From contig NIVC01000126.1 of NCBI GenBank assembly GCA_002269645.1, forward strand, positions 868,001-932,000: 64,000 nt of DNA, in the 5' to 3' direction. Below the pieces are notes generated by a model. That model ran no database searches. It was not told the DNA's origin and saw only the letters and a program-made list of their open reading frames with translations. The first letter of the stretch is position 1. Each line of letters starts with the position of its first letter. The translations under genes and the position numbers were made by a program. Origin of the DNA: Macrostomum lignano (lineage: Eukaryota). Below are positions 28,438 through 42,913 of the stretch, piece by piece.

Positions 28438-28541
28438 AAAGAGCAAGATCTAAGCTGAAGCTATCAGGGAAAAAATGGTGCAGAGAAAAAGTCCGCAGTG
28501 TTACATACTGAACAGTCCAACAAAGACTAGTAAACAAGAGT

Positions 28542-31500
28542 TCAGTCAAACAGATCCGGCAGATCAATGCCAGCAAATTTAGACTCCCTGGCGGACCAGT
28601 ACTCGCGTCGGAATTCCCACGATTTGTCAGATGAGAGCTGGCGAAACCAGCGCGGCTGGACTGGCGTTTGACGCGAGCGCTGCTTGTTTTCTAGGCGCAA
28701 TTTTTGAGCCTCAGCGTTGTCCAGATCGCCAACCTCTAGCAGGCGCTGGTCCGGCCTGCGTATATCATGGGCAGATGGGCGCAGACGATATGTATCGAAA
28801 ATCGAAAAATGAATACTCACTAGCTACCTTAGATATGATATGAATTAAAAACAGCTCGGGCCCGATATGTATCGAAAACAATAAAAGTGTGTAGAAAAAT
28901 GGATAAATTAGACCCGACATATATCGAAAACAATCGAAAGGGCTTATAGAAAACACTGGGATAAAATTGACCCGATATGTATCAAAATAATCAAAACAGC
29001 CTAAAGAAAACACTAGGATAAAATTGACCCGATATGAATCGAAAATAATAAAAACAGCCTAAAGAAAACACTAGGATAAAATTGACCCGATATGTATCGA
29101 AAACGATAAAAAGCAGCCTAAAAACACAAGGATAAAATTCATCCGATATGTATCGAAAACAATAAAACAGCCCAGATTTTTGCATAGAAATTCTCACCTA
29201 AACCGAGTATCGGTTACTGGCAGTACGCTGACAAGGCAGTCCTGCAATTCGTTTAGCTCGATGGCGAATCTAGTAAAGCCATAGTACGAAGCACTGTGCG
29301 GCGGCAGGGCGCCGGAGCGCCAAACGCAGCGCGCCGTGTGCTCCCGACCGGCGAACAGGCTCTCGTTCCAGCGACCGAACACGGCCGTCTCTGGGCCATT
29401 GCTGCCCGCCCGACAGACGCCAGATATTGAGCCGCCTTTGTGAAAAGTTAGCCGAGCCTGACTGCCCTGAACTGGGCCCTGAAAAAATGTGTGCCAGTGG
29501 TCTTAGTTGCGATGACTCACTCATTTGAGCAGAGCTCAGTCACTAATTTGAGCAGAGCTCAGTGACTCATTTGAGCAGAGCTCAGTCACTCATTTGAGCA
29601 GAGCTCAGTCACTCATTTGAGCAGCGATTAGTCCATCATTTGAGCAGTGATAAGTCACTCATTTGAGCAGTGATTAGTCCATCATTTGAGCAGTGATAAG
29701 TCACTCATTTGAGCAGAGCTCAGTCACTAATTTGAGCAGAGCTCAGTGACTCATTTGAGCAGTGATTAGTCCATCATTTGAGCAGTGATAAGTCACTCAT
29801 TTGAGCAGTGATAAGTCACTTATTTGAGCAGTGATAAGTCACTCATTTGAGCAGTGATAAGTCACTCATTTGAGCAGTGATTAGTCACTCATTTGAGCAG
29901 TGCTTAGTCAGTCATTTGAGCAGTGCTTAGTCACTCATTTGAGAAGTGATTAGTCACTCATTTGAGCAGTGATAAGCCACTCATTTGAGCAGTAATTAGT
30001 CACTCATTTGAGCAGTGATAAGCCACTCATTTGAGCAGTGGTTAGTCACTTATTTGAGCAGTGCTTAGCCACTGCCTAGCCAATAATTTTACAGGAGCTT
30101 AAGCTTACTCACCTGCACAGTCAACTCGCCATAATGATCGATATACCTGCTAGAACTAAACAGATTATAGATGCACGTGGTCACTTTATTCCACTGGAAC
30201 AGCTCCCCGCTGTCTTTAAACCGCAGCCGGATGGCGCCAAGCGGCTGAGCTTCTAAACTTTTGCCCCAGAATTTGTTGCGCAGGCGGCAGTCTTGCCAGA
30301 ACTCCCACGTGTCGCTTTCACAGTGACAGGCGGCCACTGGCGGGTGGTGCGACACCTTGGGTAAGGGCGAATGCATGGGTGTTAGGTGGTAAAGAAGTCT
30401 TGCTTTATTTCGTAAGGGTCTCATTTATCCTTGTTTTTGCCATACTTTGCCCAACCAAAAACTGTACCTACCCACAAACCCACCCACAGTCCCACCCACA
30501 AACCACAAACAACCCACCAACAATGCCACCCAAAAACCCACCCTCAAACCTACCCACAATGCCACCCACAATCCCATCCACAATCCCACCCACAATCCCA
30601 CCCACAAACCCACCCACAATCCCACTCACAACCCACCCACAAACCCACCCACAATCCCACTCACAACCCACCCACAAATTCACCCACAATCCCACCCACA
30701 ATCCCACCCACAAACCCACCCCCAATCCCACCCACAATCCCACTCACAACCCACCCACAAACCCACCCACAATCCCACTCACAACCCACCCAAAAACTCA
30801 CCCCAATCCCACCCACAATCCCACTCACAACCCACCCACAAACCCACCCACAATCCCACTCACAACCCACCCAAAAACTCACCCACAATCCCACCCACAA
30901 TCCCACCCACAATCCCACCCACAAACCCACCCACAATCCCACCCACAAACCCACCCACAATCTCACTCACAACCCACCCACAAACCCAACCACAATCCCA
31001 CTCACAACCCACCCATAAACCCACCGACAATGCCACCAACAAACCCACCCATAAACCCACCACTACATTTTCCCATAGCAACAAATGCAGCTCTCACCTG
31101 CTCGGAAATGAACTTCCAGCCCCTATCCTCGCGCACGCACTCGTAAGTCTCCCCTAGCAACGGATTGAAGGGCTTTTTGGCGCTCCTAGTAGCTGTGCAA
31201 GCGTAGGCTGACACGGCGAATGCGACAACAAGCACCAGCCGCTCGAGCGGGTCCTTAGCCGCGGCAGCCTGATCCAGCAAGCTGCTATACTCCAATTCCT
31301 CGCACAGTCGCTGCAAAGCATTCAACGGTTCATTAGACGCTATCGGCATACGAACGCTGGTCAAATCTTTGCCAATGTTGCGGCACAGAATGTTGAATAG
31401 GCTCAGGTTGCCGCCGTCAGGCTGCGGCACCGGCAGAACCTCCCGGCGACCTGTGGTGGCCACCTCTAGACCGGCCGCGCTAGCTCCTGTAGTTGAAGCG

Positions 31501-34500
31501 TCGTTAGCTGCGCCGCCGGGCGAGGCATCAGCTGAGCCGGAAGCTGCGGCCACTGTTGAACTTGAAGCTTGATTGGACGCATCGGCAGCTGGCGGGTTGG
31601 CGTCGTCCTCGTCGCTGAGTTCGTCTTCGGACTGACGGGGATTAGGGTTGATGTTTGAGCTTGGTAAAATAATCATCATATGTCCTTATAAATACTGTCC
31701 AAAAACTATTTATTAACTCTAATAATAATCCTTCAGAGTTCTTAATTTCTTTCCTCAGCTCCTTGAAAATTCCCCTCATCAGCTTCTAGAGAATTCCCCT
31801 CATCAGCTTCTAGAGAATTCCCCCATCAGCTTCTAGAGAATTTCCCTCATCAGCTTCTTGAGAATTTCCCTCATCAGCTTCTTGAAAATTTCCCTCATCA
31901 GCATCTTGAAAATTCCCTCCATCAGCTTCTTAAGAATTCCCCTCATCAGTATCTTAAAGATTTCCCTCATCAGCTTCTTGAGAATTCTCTTTATCAGTAT
32001 CTTGAGAATTCTCTTTATCAGTATCTTGAGAATTCTCCTCATCAGCATCTTAAGAATTCCGCTCATCAGCTTCTTGAAAATTTCCCTCATCAGCTCCTTG
32101 AGAATTCCTCCATCAGCTCCTTGAGAATTCCCCCACCAGCTTCCTGAGAATTTCATCCATTAGCTTCTTAAGAATTCCCCCAAGTACTTTAGAATCAATC
32201 AACCGTTAGAATCGATAAATAATGTCCAACTCAAATGACCTCTTATACGATTTTTGTCGCTAAAACTGTGCAGCCAAACTTCAGAGCACTCACCTCACTG
32301 CTGGACATATCTAGGCTCAGCCGCTCAGCGGCATCATGATACTCCGTGATGCTGTCCCGAGACAGAGAGGAACTAATATTAGCAGAGTCTGGCAGCAACG
32401 CCTGCGGCACGGCAGACACAATCATAGCTGACAGGTCCGAATGACCGTGGATTAGGCTTAACCGTTGGCGCAAATCCTGATTCTGCCGGCTAAGCTCGGT
32501 GACTTGAGCAGTGAGCTGGGCAACATCTTCAGCTGTAACCATAGCGGCAGCTGCGGCGGCCGCGGCAGCTGAGCCTGAAGCCGACCCGCCGCTGGAGTCG
32601 CCACTGTCAGCGGCCGCGGCAGCTGCAGAAGCGGCAGCGGCGGTCGACTGTGCAGTGAGAATGCGGCGCCGCTCGCCAGCCAAATCTAGGCCAGCTTGCC
32701 GAAGCAGCTCAGCAGCCGAGTTGGCCTTCATCAGAAACACGGCCAAGGTGTCGGCCAAGTCTTTGGCTTCGAATGCGCCTCCGCCGCCGCCGCCGACTGG
32801 AACGTCCAGCGCCGAATGTCGCTGCTTAGCTTTGGCAGCAGACGACGAGCTGACGGACAGCTCCTGCAGATTTGGATTGCTTGACGATTGTTGAAGACCA
32901 CCGCCGGCGCCGCTGCCAACGCCAAGGCCGGAGGCTGAGGATGAAGATTCTCGAATAGCGACGCCGCCGCTGCCTCCTCCGCCGCTGCTGCTGCCAGATT
33001 TGCCCTGCCAAAGTGTTTGGGATTTTTGTTTACAATGAAAGACTTACTACTACTGCCTTAGCTATAGCTGATTTAGTAGTATATTGGGATACTGGCTTAT
33101 TAAACTTATCACTACCCGACAAGAGTCCCGACTGAACGTAAATTAGTTCCATATTTAGCGCCAATTTAGCGCCATAGACAACATTTTAGCGCCAATTTAG
33201 CGCCATAGACAACATTTTAGCGCCATACGACAAGATTGTAGCGCCAATTTAGCGCCATACGACAAGATTGTAACGCCAATTCAGCGCCATAGAAAAGAGT
33301 TTAGCGCCAATTCAGCGCCATAGACAAAATTTAGCGCCAATTCAGCGCTATAGACAAGATTGTAGCGCCAATTCAGCGCCATAGACAATATTTTAGCGCC
33401 AATTTAGCACTACAGTCGAGATTTTACCAATCTATATTATCATATATTAATATTATCTACATAATATAAAGTACTGAGTTGTTCTGACAGTGCGTGAATT
33501 ACTAAATTAAAGCTAATAATAATAATAACAATAATGCTAATAATAAGCTAGTGAGGACAAGCGTGTATAATAGATTATATTAAACAATAGTAAATATATA
33601 AACACATGACTCACGGCAGATAACACGGATGCAAAAACTGGTATTTTGCAATAAAAATTATATATATATATTGCAATATATATAGTGTATTCTTATACAC
33701 CGAAACAGAATTTCAAAAAGTTCAGCCGAGAAATTTTCTAGTTTAGTAATACTTAGTTTTGCATAGTCTCAATGGGATAGGGAAGGGCAGGTGTGCAAAT
33801 ATTTGATATTTAATATGCCTTAGTAGATATTGAATATATATAAGATTTTTTTACAAAACTTGCTACTGAAAAGCTGAACTAAGTAGTGTAATATGCGTAT
33901 GGACGTAGCTTTCTAGGATACTTGTATGTAAATTCACTTTGGTATGCAAGTATTGCTAAATACAAATGGGATAGAGAGCACTAACTAAGCCCTTGGGGTT
34001 TTAATGCTTATTTCAACAGATGCTATCAGCATTCAGTACATCTTCTACACGTTTGTCTGTATCCTTTCTGCTCTCTATCTGTATCCTTTCTGCTATCTGT
34101 CTGTATCATTTCTGTCCTCTGTCTGTATCATTTATGTCCTCTGTCTGTATCATTTATGTCCTCTGTCTGTATCATTTCTGTCCTCTGTCTGTATCATTTC
34201 TTCTCTCTATCTGTATCATTTATGTCCTGTCTGTATCATTTATGTCCTCTGTCTGCATCATTTCTGTCCTATGTCTGTACGAGTATCATTTCTTCTCTCT
34301 ATCTGTATCATTTCTGTCCTCTGTCTGTATCATTTCTGTCCTCTGTCTGCATCATTTCTGTCCTATGTCTGTACGAGTATCATTTCTTCTCTCTATCTGT
34401 ATCATTTCTGTCCTCTGTCTGTATCATTTCTGTCCTCTGTCTGCATCATTTCTGTCCTATGTCTGTACGAGTATCATTTCTTCTCTCTATCTGTATCATT

Positions 34501-37500
34501 TCTGTCCTCTGTCGGTATCATTTCTGTCCTCTGTCGGTATCATTTCTGTCCTCTGTCTGCATCATTTCTGCACTGTGTCTGTCTTCTGATCTGATCTGAT
34601 TTGACGTAGCCTGGTCTTGTCTGATAGGCCGTTGAACTTATAAAAGTCAGTGCAGTCTGCCATGGAGGTTTTGTGCCAATTAGAAGCTACTAACAGTCGA
34701 AACACAACGCAAAAAGACACGACACGACACGGCTAGAGTGCAATGCAGTCAACCCATTCACCAACAACTCGGCCATCTACTTTATCAGAAGCCGGAAAAT
34801 AAGTGAAAAAAAGAGAAAACTTTCACAGACAGAGGAACGCGCAGGATAGAGCAGACTAATGCATTAATCCCATATTATATTTTAAGAATGTAGACAAACA
34901 CATAGGAAAGGTAAAAATTTGGCATTTCGCTATTAGCGACAGACAACCTTAGACTTGCTGCTGTTCAACCCTTCCGTGCTGCGTTTTCGTTTCAGATGAA
35001 AGTAGGCGTGCTGGCCCCGGCGCCTGCCGCTGCCACTGCTGGCGCCGCCGCCTGTGGTTGATGAGGCTGCGGCGGCAGCGGCGGCGTCGGCGGCGGCGGC
35101 TGTGCCACTGCCTACGGACTGGCTCAGCTGCTTGAGTGCACAGAGAGCAGAGCGAGAACAGAATCGATCAATATTTAGTACATTGTACTTTTACGTCTAT
35201 CGATTTTTATTTACACGGAGTATTTACAAATCAAAAAGCTTTGTTGGAATTTTTGAAATCATTCAAAACAGCAAACGATTATATCTTGTTGTAGCAAACC
35301 TGAGCTGCTTAGCAACGGATTATTTACCTTAGATACGGTATCATCTAATAATATAGCAAACCTGAGCTGCTTAGCAACAGATTATTTACCTTGGATACGG
35401 TATTATCTAATAATATAGCAAACCTGAGCTGCTTAGCAACAGATTATTTACCTTGGATACGGTATTATCTAATAATATAGCAAACCTGAGCTGCTTAGCA
35501 ACGGATTATTTACCTTGGATACGGTATCATCTAATAATATAGCAAACCTGAGCTGCTTAGCAACGGACTATTTACCTTGGATACGGTATTATCTAATAAT
35601 ATAGCAAACATGAGCTGCTTAGCAACGGATTATTTACCTTGGATACGGTATTATCAAATAATATAGCAAACATGAGCTGCTTAGCAACGGATTATTTACC
35701 TTGGATACGGTATTATCTAATAATATAGCAAACCTGAGCTGCTTAGCAACGGATTATTTACATGGGATACGGTATTATCTAATAATATAAAAACCATTAA
35801 GTACTCACGGGTTGTTAACTGGTATTAAGGTTTAAAAAAATTATTATAAAAACTAGGAATTGTTTTAAAAGTACAAAAAATGCACCTTCACTCACCTTTC
35901 CACTGTCGCAGAACTTGGAGCAGGACTCCAGCATGGCTTCAATATCTGTAACGAGGCCGCGAAGTTTTTGCAGTTTGCCCGCCACGGCGTCGTCGGCGGC
36001 GGCGGCGGCGGCGGCAGCGGAAGCAGCGGCAACCCCGGTTGTGTCGCGAAGTCGGCGCAGGGTGGCGGCAGACAGGGAGCCGGGCGGCATGCCCCGGGTG
36101 AGGGACCCAGTGCGAGCGATGGTCAGAGACTTCAGCTTGACGCTCTCTGCGGGGGGGGGGGGTCGGGTGCGCAAGTGTACTTTAAACACTAGCATATTTT
36201 GAAATATAAATTTTCAAAGTACAAGCTTACTTAAGAACTACATTTTTTTATTAGAGGCAGGGGGGTTGTGTGCACCCTGGCGCACTTTAAGCGACATAGG
36301 CACACAACCGGCGAGAGGCATTGCTGCCCATTCCACCGACTCCCCTGAGCAGGCAGACAAGCGCGCGGATACGTACGCAGGCACACACTCACACAGGAGT
36401 GTACAGCGGCCCTAACTTTATATTATCGTTAGGCATGTACACTTCACTGTGCCTTGGGGGGTTGGCCCTCAAGGCCGTTAATTGCACGAGCAGAGCCAAG
36501 CCGAGATTCCAATTCAGCCCCAAATTAATGTGACTGCACTTGGAATCGAGCCTGGGCCGCTGGCTGGCACACCAGAGCAGCTGCGCTACCGCTGGGCTAC
36601 GGCCCCCTTTGAGACCTACATGGCTGATAGGCAAATTCTATTTGATGGTAATAGAGCGTGCTAATTATTGAACCAGACGGTTAACAACCCAAAAAAATCA
36701 GAAAGTACAAGCACACAATACAGCGTTAACGCATACACAGAGTTTACCTTTGAAGAGTTCGCCCCGAGCTATCCTTTAATGTCGATATCGGCCCTATGAT
36801 GCCTTTTCGTCGGAGTCTTGTTATCGAGACCAATTAACAGTAACTAAGACCTGTCCAACCTAATTAGAAGGAACTAAGTTCAAGCTCTGCCTCCGCAATA
36901 CCTGTAATTTTTTTTGTCTTTTACCTATTCATACAGTCATCAGCGTATGCTAAAGCTCTTAGCTTAGGAAACTCTGGAAACTATGATTTTAAAGTGACAA
37001 TACTTAACAGGCTTCCATTTCCGTTCCATTGTAATCCTTACTCCATTGTTTTAAACTTTTATGACCACAGCTTAGTAGCTACAGCTAAAACCTACAGATG
37101 CAGCACTTCAGGCATCTGCAACGCCCTAGTCTTCATCATCTGTAATACCATAGTCTCCATATCTGCAACATCCCAGTCTCCATCATCTGCAACATCCCAG
37201 TCTCCATCATCTGCAACATCCCAGTCTCCATCATCTGCAACATCCCAGTCTCCATCATCTGCAACATTCCAGTCTCCATCATCTGCAACATCCCAGTCTC
37301 CATCATCTGCAACATCCCAGTCTCCATCATCTGCAACATTCCAGTCTCCATCATCTGCAACATCCCAGTCTCCATCATCTGCAACATTCCAGTCTCCATC
37401 ATCTGCAATACCCCAGTCTCCATCATCTGCAACATTCCAGTCTCCATCATCTGCAACATCCCAGTCTCCATCATCTGCAACATTCCAGTCTCCATCATCT

Positions 37501-38228
37501 GCAATACCCCAGTCTCCATCAGACATCGGCAAGACCCCAGTCTCCATCAGACATCTGCAATACCCCAGTCTCCATCAGACATCTGCAATACCCCAGTCTC
37601 CATCAGGCATCTGCAATACCCCAGTCTCCATCAGGCATCTGCAATACCCCAGTCTCCATCAGGCATCTGCAATACCCCAGTCTCCATCAGGCATCTGCAA
37701 TACCCCAGTCTCCATCAGCTGCAACACCCCAGTCTGTATCAGGCAGTAACTATTCCAGTTTATACAGGCACATTATACGCAACTAACTAAACTACCGAAA
37801 ACTGTGTCTGTGTCCAATATGCATGCCGCACCTAAAATGCGCTTTTATAAGTAAATACTCAAACCTAGACTAAACAGTGCCATAGCTGGAGACTCTCTCC
37901 CAGTTGACAAAAGAGAAGCAGAGTGGCAGGAAACACTCGAGTTGACAGAAACGGAAAACATAAATAGTATGAGAAAGAACTTAGACTGGCTTAATAGCTA
38001 CACTACTAAACATATTTAGCGCCATTTATATATAAGGCATACTGTTAGGCTCTGCAACATTTCGTCAGGTCCGTAAGAGTGCAAAGAAAACCGAACTTAG
38101 GGTTAGGATAATACAATTTTAATCTCTTTCGGGCATATAGTACAGCGAACCCAGCGACAAGAAAGAAGAGGGCGAGGGGAGGGCAGAGAGTGAAGTCTGT
38201 CTGGAAAGTCAGCTGCTAAGTGCAACGA

Positions 38229-38266
<38 letters not shown>

Positions 38267-41200
38267 ACTAAGAAATCGATGGACTCAGCTTGAGCATGCT
38301 ATGATATACTTGTATACCCAACTGGCAACAGACAGGATACAAAAATGGTGAGATGTTTCCTTAGATGCATATAATTGATCATACGCCTCAGCAATTATAA
38401 AATTTCATACGTGCAGTAGTACGAGTCATATTTCTCCCTTGGTCATGGCACACTGAGACACTTCACATTTCTAGTTGTATATCCATCTATCAGTCTGTTT
38501 ATCCGCGTGTCTCTGTGGCTGCATGATTGTTTATGATTTATGTCATCGATTCTCACGTCTATCGCTCTCTATCTCTATCCTGTAATGTCTATCTCTCTCT
38601 ATCCTATCATGTCTATCTCTCTCTATCCTATCATGTCTATCTCTCTCCTCCCATGTCTATCTCTCTCTATCCTCTCATGTCTATCTCTCTCTCCTCCCAT
38701 GCCTATCTCTCTCTATCCTCTCATGTCTATCTCTCTATCCTCTCATGTCTATCTCTCTCTATCCTCTCATGTCTATCTCTCTCTCCTCCCATGCCTATCT
38801 CTCTCTATCCTCTCATGTCTATCTCTCTATCCTCTCATGCCTATCTCTCTCTATCCTCTCATGTCTATCTCTCTCCTCCCATGTCTATCTCTCTCTATCC
38901 TCTCATGTCTATCTCTCTCTCCTCCCATGCCTATCTCTCTCTATCCTCTCATGTCTATCTCTCTATCCTCTCATGTCTATCTATCTCTATCCTCTCATGT
39001 CTATCTCTCTCTCCTCCCATGCCTATCTCTCTCTATCCTCTCATGTCTATCTCTCTATATCCTCTCATGTCTATCTCTCTCTATCCTCTCATGTCTATCT
39101 CTCTCTATCCTCTCATGTCTATCTCTCTATATCTTCTCATGTCTATCTCTCTATATCCTCTCATGCCTATCTCTCTCTATCCTCTCATGTCTATCTCTCT
39201 ATCCTCTCATGTCTATCTCTCTCTATCCTCTCATGTCTATCTCTCTATATCCTCTCATGCCTATCTCTCTCTATCCTCTCATGTCTATCTCTCTCTCCTC
39301 CCATGCCTATCTCTCTCTATCCTCTCATGTCTATCTCTCTATCCTCTCATGTCTATCTCTCTCTATCCTCTCATGTCTATCTCTCTCTCCTCCCATGCCT
39401 ATCTCTCTCTATCCTCTCATGTCTATCTCTCTATCCTCTCATGTCTATCTCTCTCTATCCTCTCATGTCTATCTCTCTCTATCCTCTCATGCCTATCTCT
39501 CTCTATCCTCTCATGTCTATCTCTCTATCCTCTCATGTCTATCTCTCTCTATCCTCTCATGTCTATCTCTCTCTATCCTCTCATGTCTATCTCTCTATAT
39601 CTTCTCATGTCTATCTCTCTATATCCTCTCATGTCTATCTCTCTATATCCTCTCATGTCTATCTCTCTCTATCCTCTCATGTCTATCTCTCTCTATCCTC
39701 TCATGTCTATCTCTCTATCCTCTCATATCTATCTCTCTATCCTCTCATATCTATCTCTCTATCCTCTCATGTCTATCTCTCTATCCTCTCATATCTATCT
39801 CTCTATCCTCTCATATCTATCTCTCTATCCTCTCATGCCTATCTCTCTCTATCCTCTCATATCTATCTCTCTATCCTCTCATATCTATCTCTCTATCCTC
39901 TCATATCTATCTATCTAACCTCTCATATCTATCTCTCTATCCTCTCATATCTATCTCTCTATCCTCTCATATCTATCTCTCTATCCTCTCATATCTATCT
40001 CTCTATCCTCTCATATCTATCTCTCTATCCTCTCATATCTATCTCTCTATCCTCTCATGTCTATCTATCCTCTCATTTTCATCTCCGTCAATCTAAGCAC
40101 TCTATGAATTGAATTTAAACTATGTAATTAATATACACTACATTACGAATAGATGATAAAATTCGAATTTCTGTACAGTTCCCATTAGCAAATCAATCAA
40201 ATGAACACACACACACGGAAATTAGATATTTAAATTGATTAAAATAAGCAGAAGCAGACAAACTCACCAGCCGGTGACATCGGCACAACAGGAGCGTCTG
40301 GTAGGTCGTTACCGGCACCACCGCTGCTGCCGCCTCTGCCACCACCACCTCCACCGCCGCCACCGCTGATGGCAGCGACAATAGCCGGCGGCAGCAGCTG
40401 CACAGGCAGCGGCGAGGCGACACCAGCGGCAGCAAACTGCGGATTTCCCGTACCGGATGGAGGCTGATTCTGCAGCTGCAGGTGTCGATAAGTCCGGTGA
40501 CAGTTCAACTGGCCAATCCACATTTCGAAATCTTCGTTGCGTTTACAACGGACATGATGTACTATGGAGCCGGCGTCTATGTGAATACGGCGCCGGCTGC
40601 GCTTGTAGCTGATGAACGAGTTGCCAAGGTCGATGTTGCCATGGTAACGGCCTGTTGTGTTTTTTGTTATATTAAAACTTCTACAGTATTCATTGTATTG
40701 ATCATTTTTGTTTTGAAAACAAGGGGTTGTAGCCTAGTGGCGTCGGACTCACAACTGGAAGGTCGGGGGTTCGATTCCCAGTCTCACTGGAACAATTTGT
40801 GTCCTTGAGCAAAATACACTGAACTCTGCATTGCTTCAGTTCACCCAGCTGCAAAATGGGTGCCAGCATTAGCTGGGGTAATTGAGGCTAGGCGTGGCAT
40901 GATTGTAATGATTTTCGTGCGATAGGGGCCGTACAGTCAGATCTGGGGCGTGCTGGAGTCGCTGTATAGAATCACTGAGTTGCGTCTGAAGCGCATTTGC
41001 GTCACTTAATAAATCAGAATCGCATTTTGCACTTCATAACAAAAAAAAGTATAAGAAGTCGCCCCAGAGTGTCTAGAGTCCCTTTGTGAGCTGTTTGCGA
41101 TGACTCTTTAGCGATTCTTGTCACGAAGTAACGTTTTCAACGAGTGAGACCAACACATAAAGCATGTTGTCTCTTACCAATCTAATCTTGCCTTAGGTAA

Positions 41201-42882
41201 ATATAAATTGCCATTTATAGTAATTGGCCCGAATCATGCACGGCATTTCATCGGAGATAGGCATTTATTTTTAATGAGGATTGGAAATTGGAATTTCCTC
41301 ATTCTCTAAGTTAAATTGTGATCCCCAGAGATAAAGGTCGATTCACAATCGATAAAGGCTGATTCCCAAGGATAAAAGGTCGATTCTCAATCGATAAAGG
41401 GTGATTCCCAAGGATAAAAGGTCGATTCTCAATCGATAAAGGGTGATTCCCAAGGATAAAAAGGTCGATTCTCAATCGATAAAGGGTGATTCCCAAGGAT
41501 AAAAAGGTCGATTCTCAATCGATAAAGGGTGATTCCCAAGGATAAAAGGTCGATTCTCAATCGATAAAGGGTGATTCCCAAGGATAAAAGGTCGATTCAC
41601 AAGCGATAAAGGGTGATTCCCAAGGATAAAAGGTCGATTCTCAATCGATAAAGGACGATTCCCAATGATAAAGGAAAATTCCCCGAGGATAATGAGCCAT
41701 TCCTAAGAACGAAGGGCGATTCCCAAGGACAAAGGGCGATTCCCAAGGACAAAGGGCGATTCCCAAAGACAAAGGGCGATTCCCAAGGACAAATGGAGAT
41801 TCCCAAGGACAAATGGAGATTCCCAAGGACAAATGGAGATTCCCAAGGACAAAGGGCGATTCCCAAGGACAAAGGGCGATTCCCAAGGACAAAGGGCGAT
41901 TTCCAAGGTCAAAGGGCGATTCCCGAGGATAAAGGGCGATTTTCAAGGACAAAAGACGACTCCTAAGTGTAAGATCTCAATTCTAAAATGGGTAACAGGG
42001 GCTAACACACACAATTAGTAAAGTTAATAAAACAAACTGAAACTATTTTTGTTAAACAATTCCACACAGACATAACACCCCAAAAGAACCCGCATTTCAA
42101 TATCAAATATACATTAAACAGACAAAGTGACAAAAAATAAGTATAAAATGCCTTGCTAGCACCTGGGCCCCCTCCCAAAGACTCAGACAAACAGCAGGTA
42201 AAAGCAGTCACGCCATATTTTCTTATTTGACAGTCGTGCATCGTGCCACCCGCTGAAAAAGCAGGACTTAAGACTGAAGCAAAAACAGTGTTGAGTCTAG
42301 CTTGGCAATTTAAACGCGTACATACAGTGCAAAACCCTCTGTCCTCACTCTCTCTCTCTCTCTCCACACCCTCTACAAAGCAGTATTCTGACCTCACTGC
42401 CAGACCACACCCTGAAGGCATGCACGATACGTACACACATTTCTAACAGTGAGCAATGGAAAAAGGTTCTTTAACCTTTGCACTCTGATTAACATTTGAA
42501 ACTGGAATAATAATTATTATTACTAACAAAAAACACAAATAGTTATCGAAAAGTACAATCTCTACTAGATTGAGAAGTACATCTCATGACAAGCAAAATC
42601 ATGCTGCATTTCGAAAAGCACGAGAATAATAGGAGGCTCGGTTCAGTTCATGATCTCAGCTAGCTATAAAACAGCCTCACCTCCTCACACTGGCACAGCG
42701 TCAAATCAGCGCTGACAGCACATACAAGCGCGTCAATACTGTACGCAGGCACGCACTCATGCACACGCTCACACAGGTGTACCGCAGCCCTGACTGTCCA
42801 ATCGTCAGGCATGTACACTCTGGACAGGCAGAGAGACACACAGACAGACAGACAGACAGACAGACTGACAGACAGACAGACT

Positions 42883-42913
<31 letters not shown>

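Noticed and set aside
18441-32190. Hammerhead-ribozyme-like CTGANGA boxes: CTGAGGA in the 24-bp satellite, and CTGATGAGGGAAA on the minus strand of the 31760-32190 array
   Set aside because: The satellite has GATT instead of the required GAAA box. The other array has no stem II or recognisable stems I/III and NUH site.
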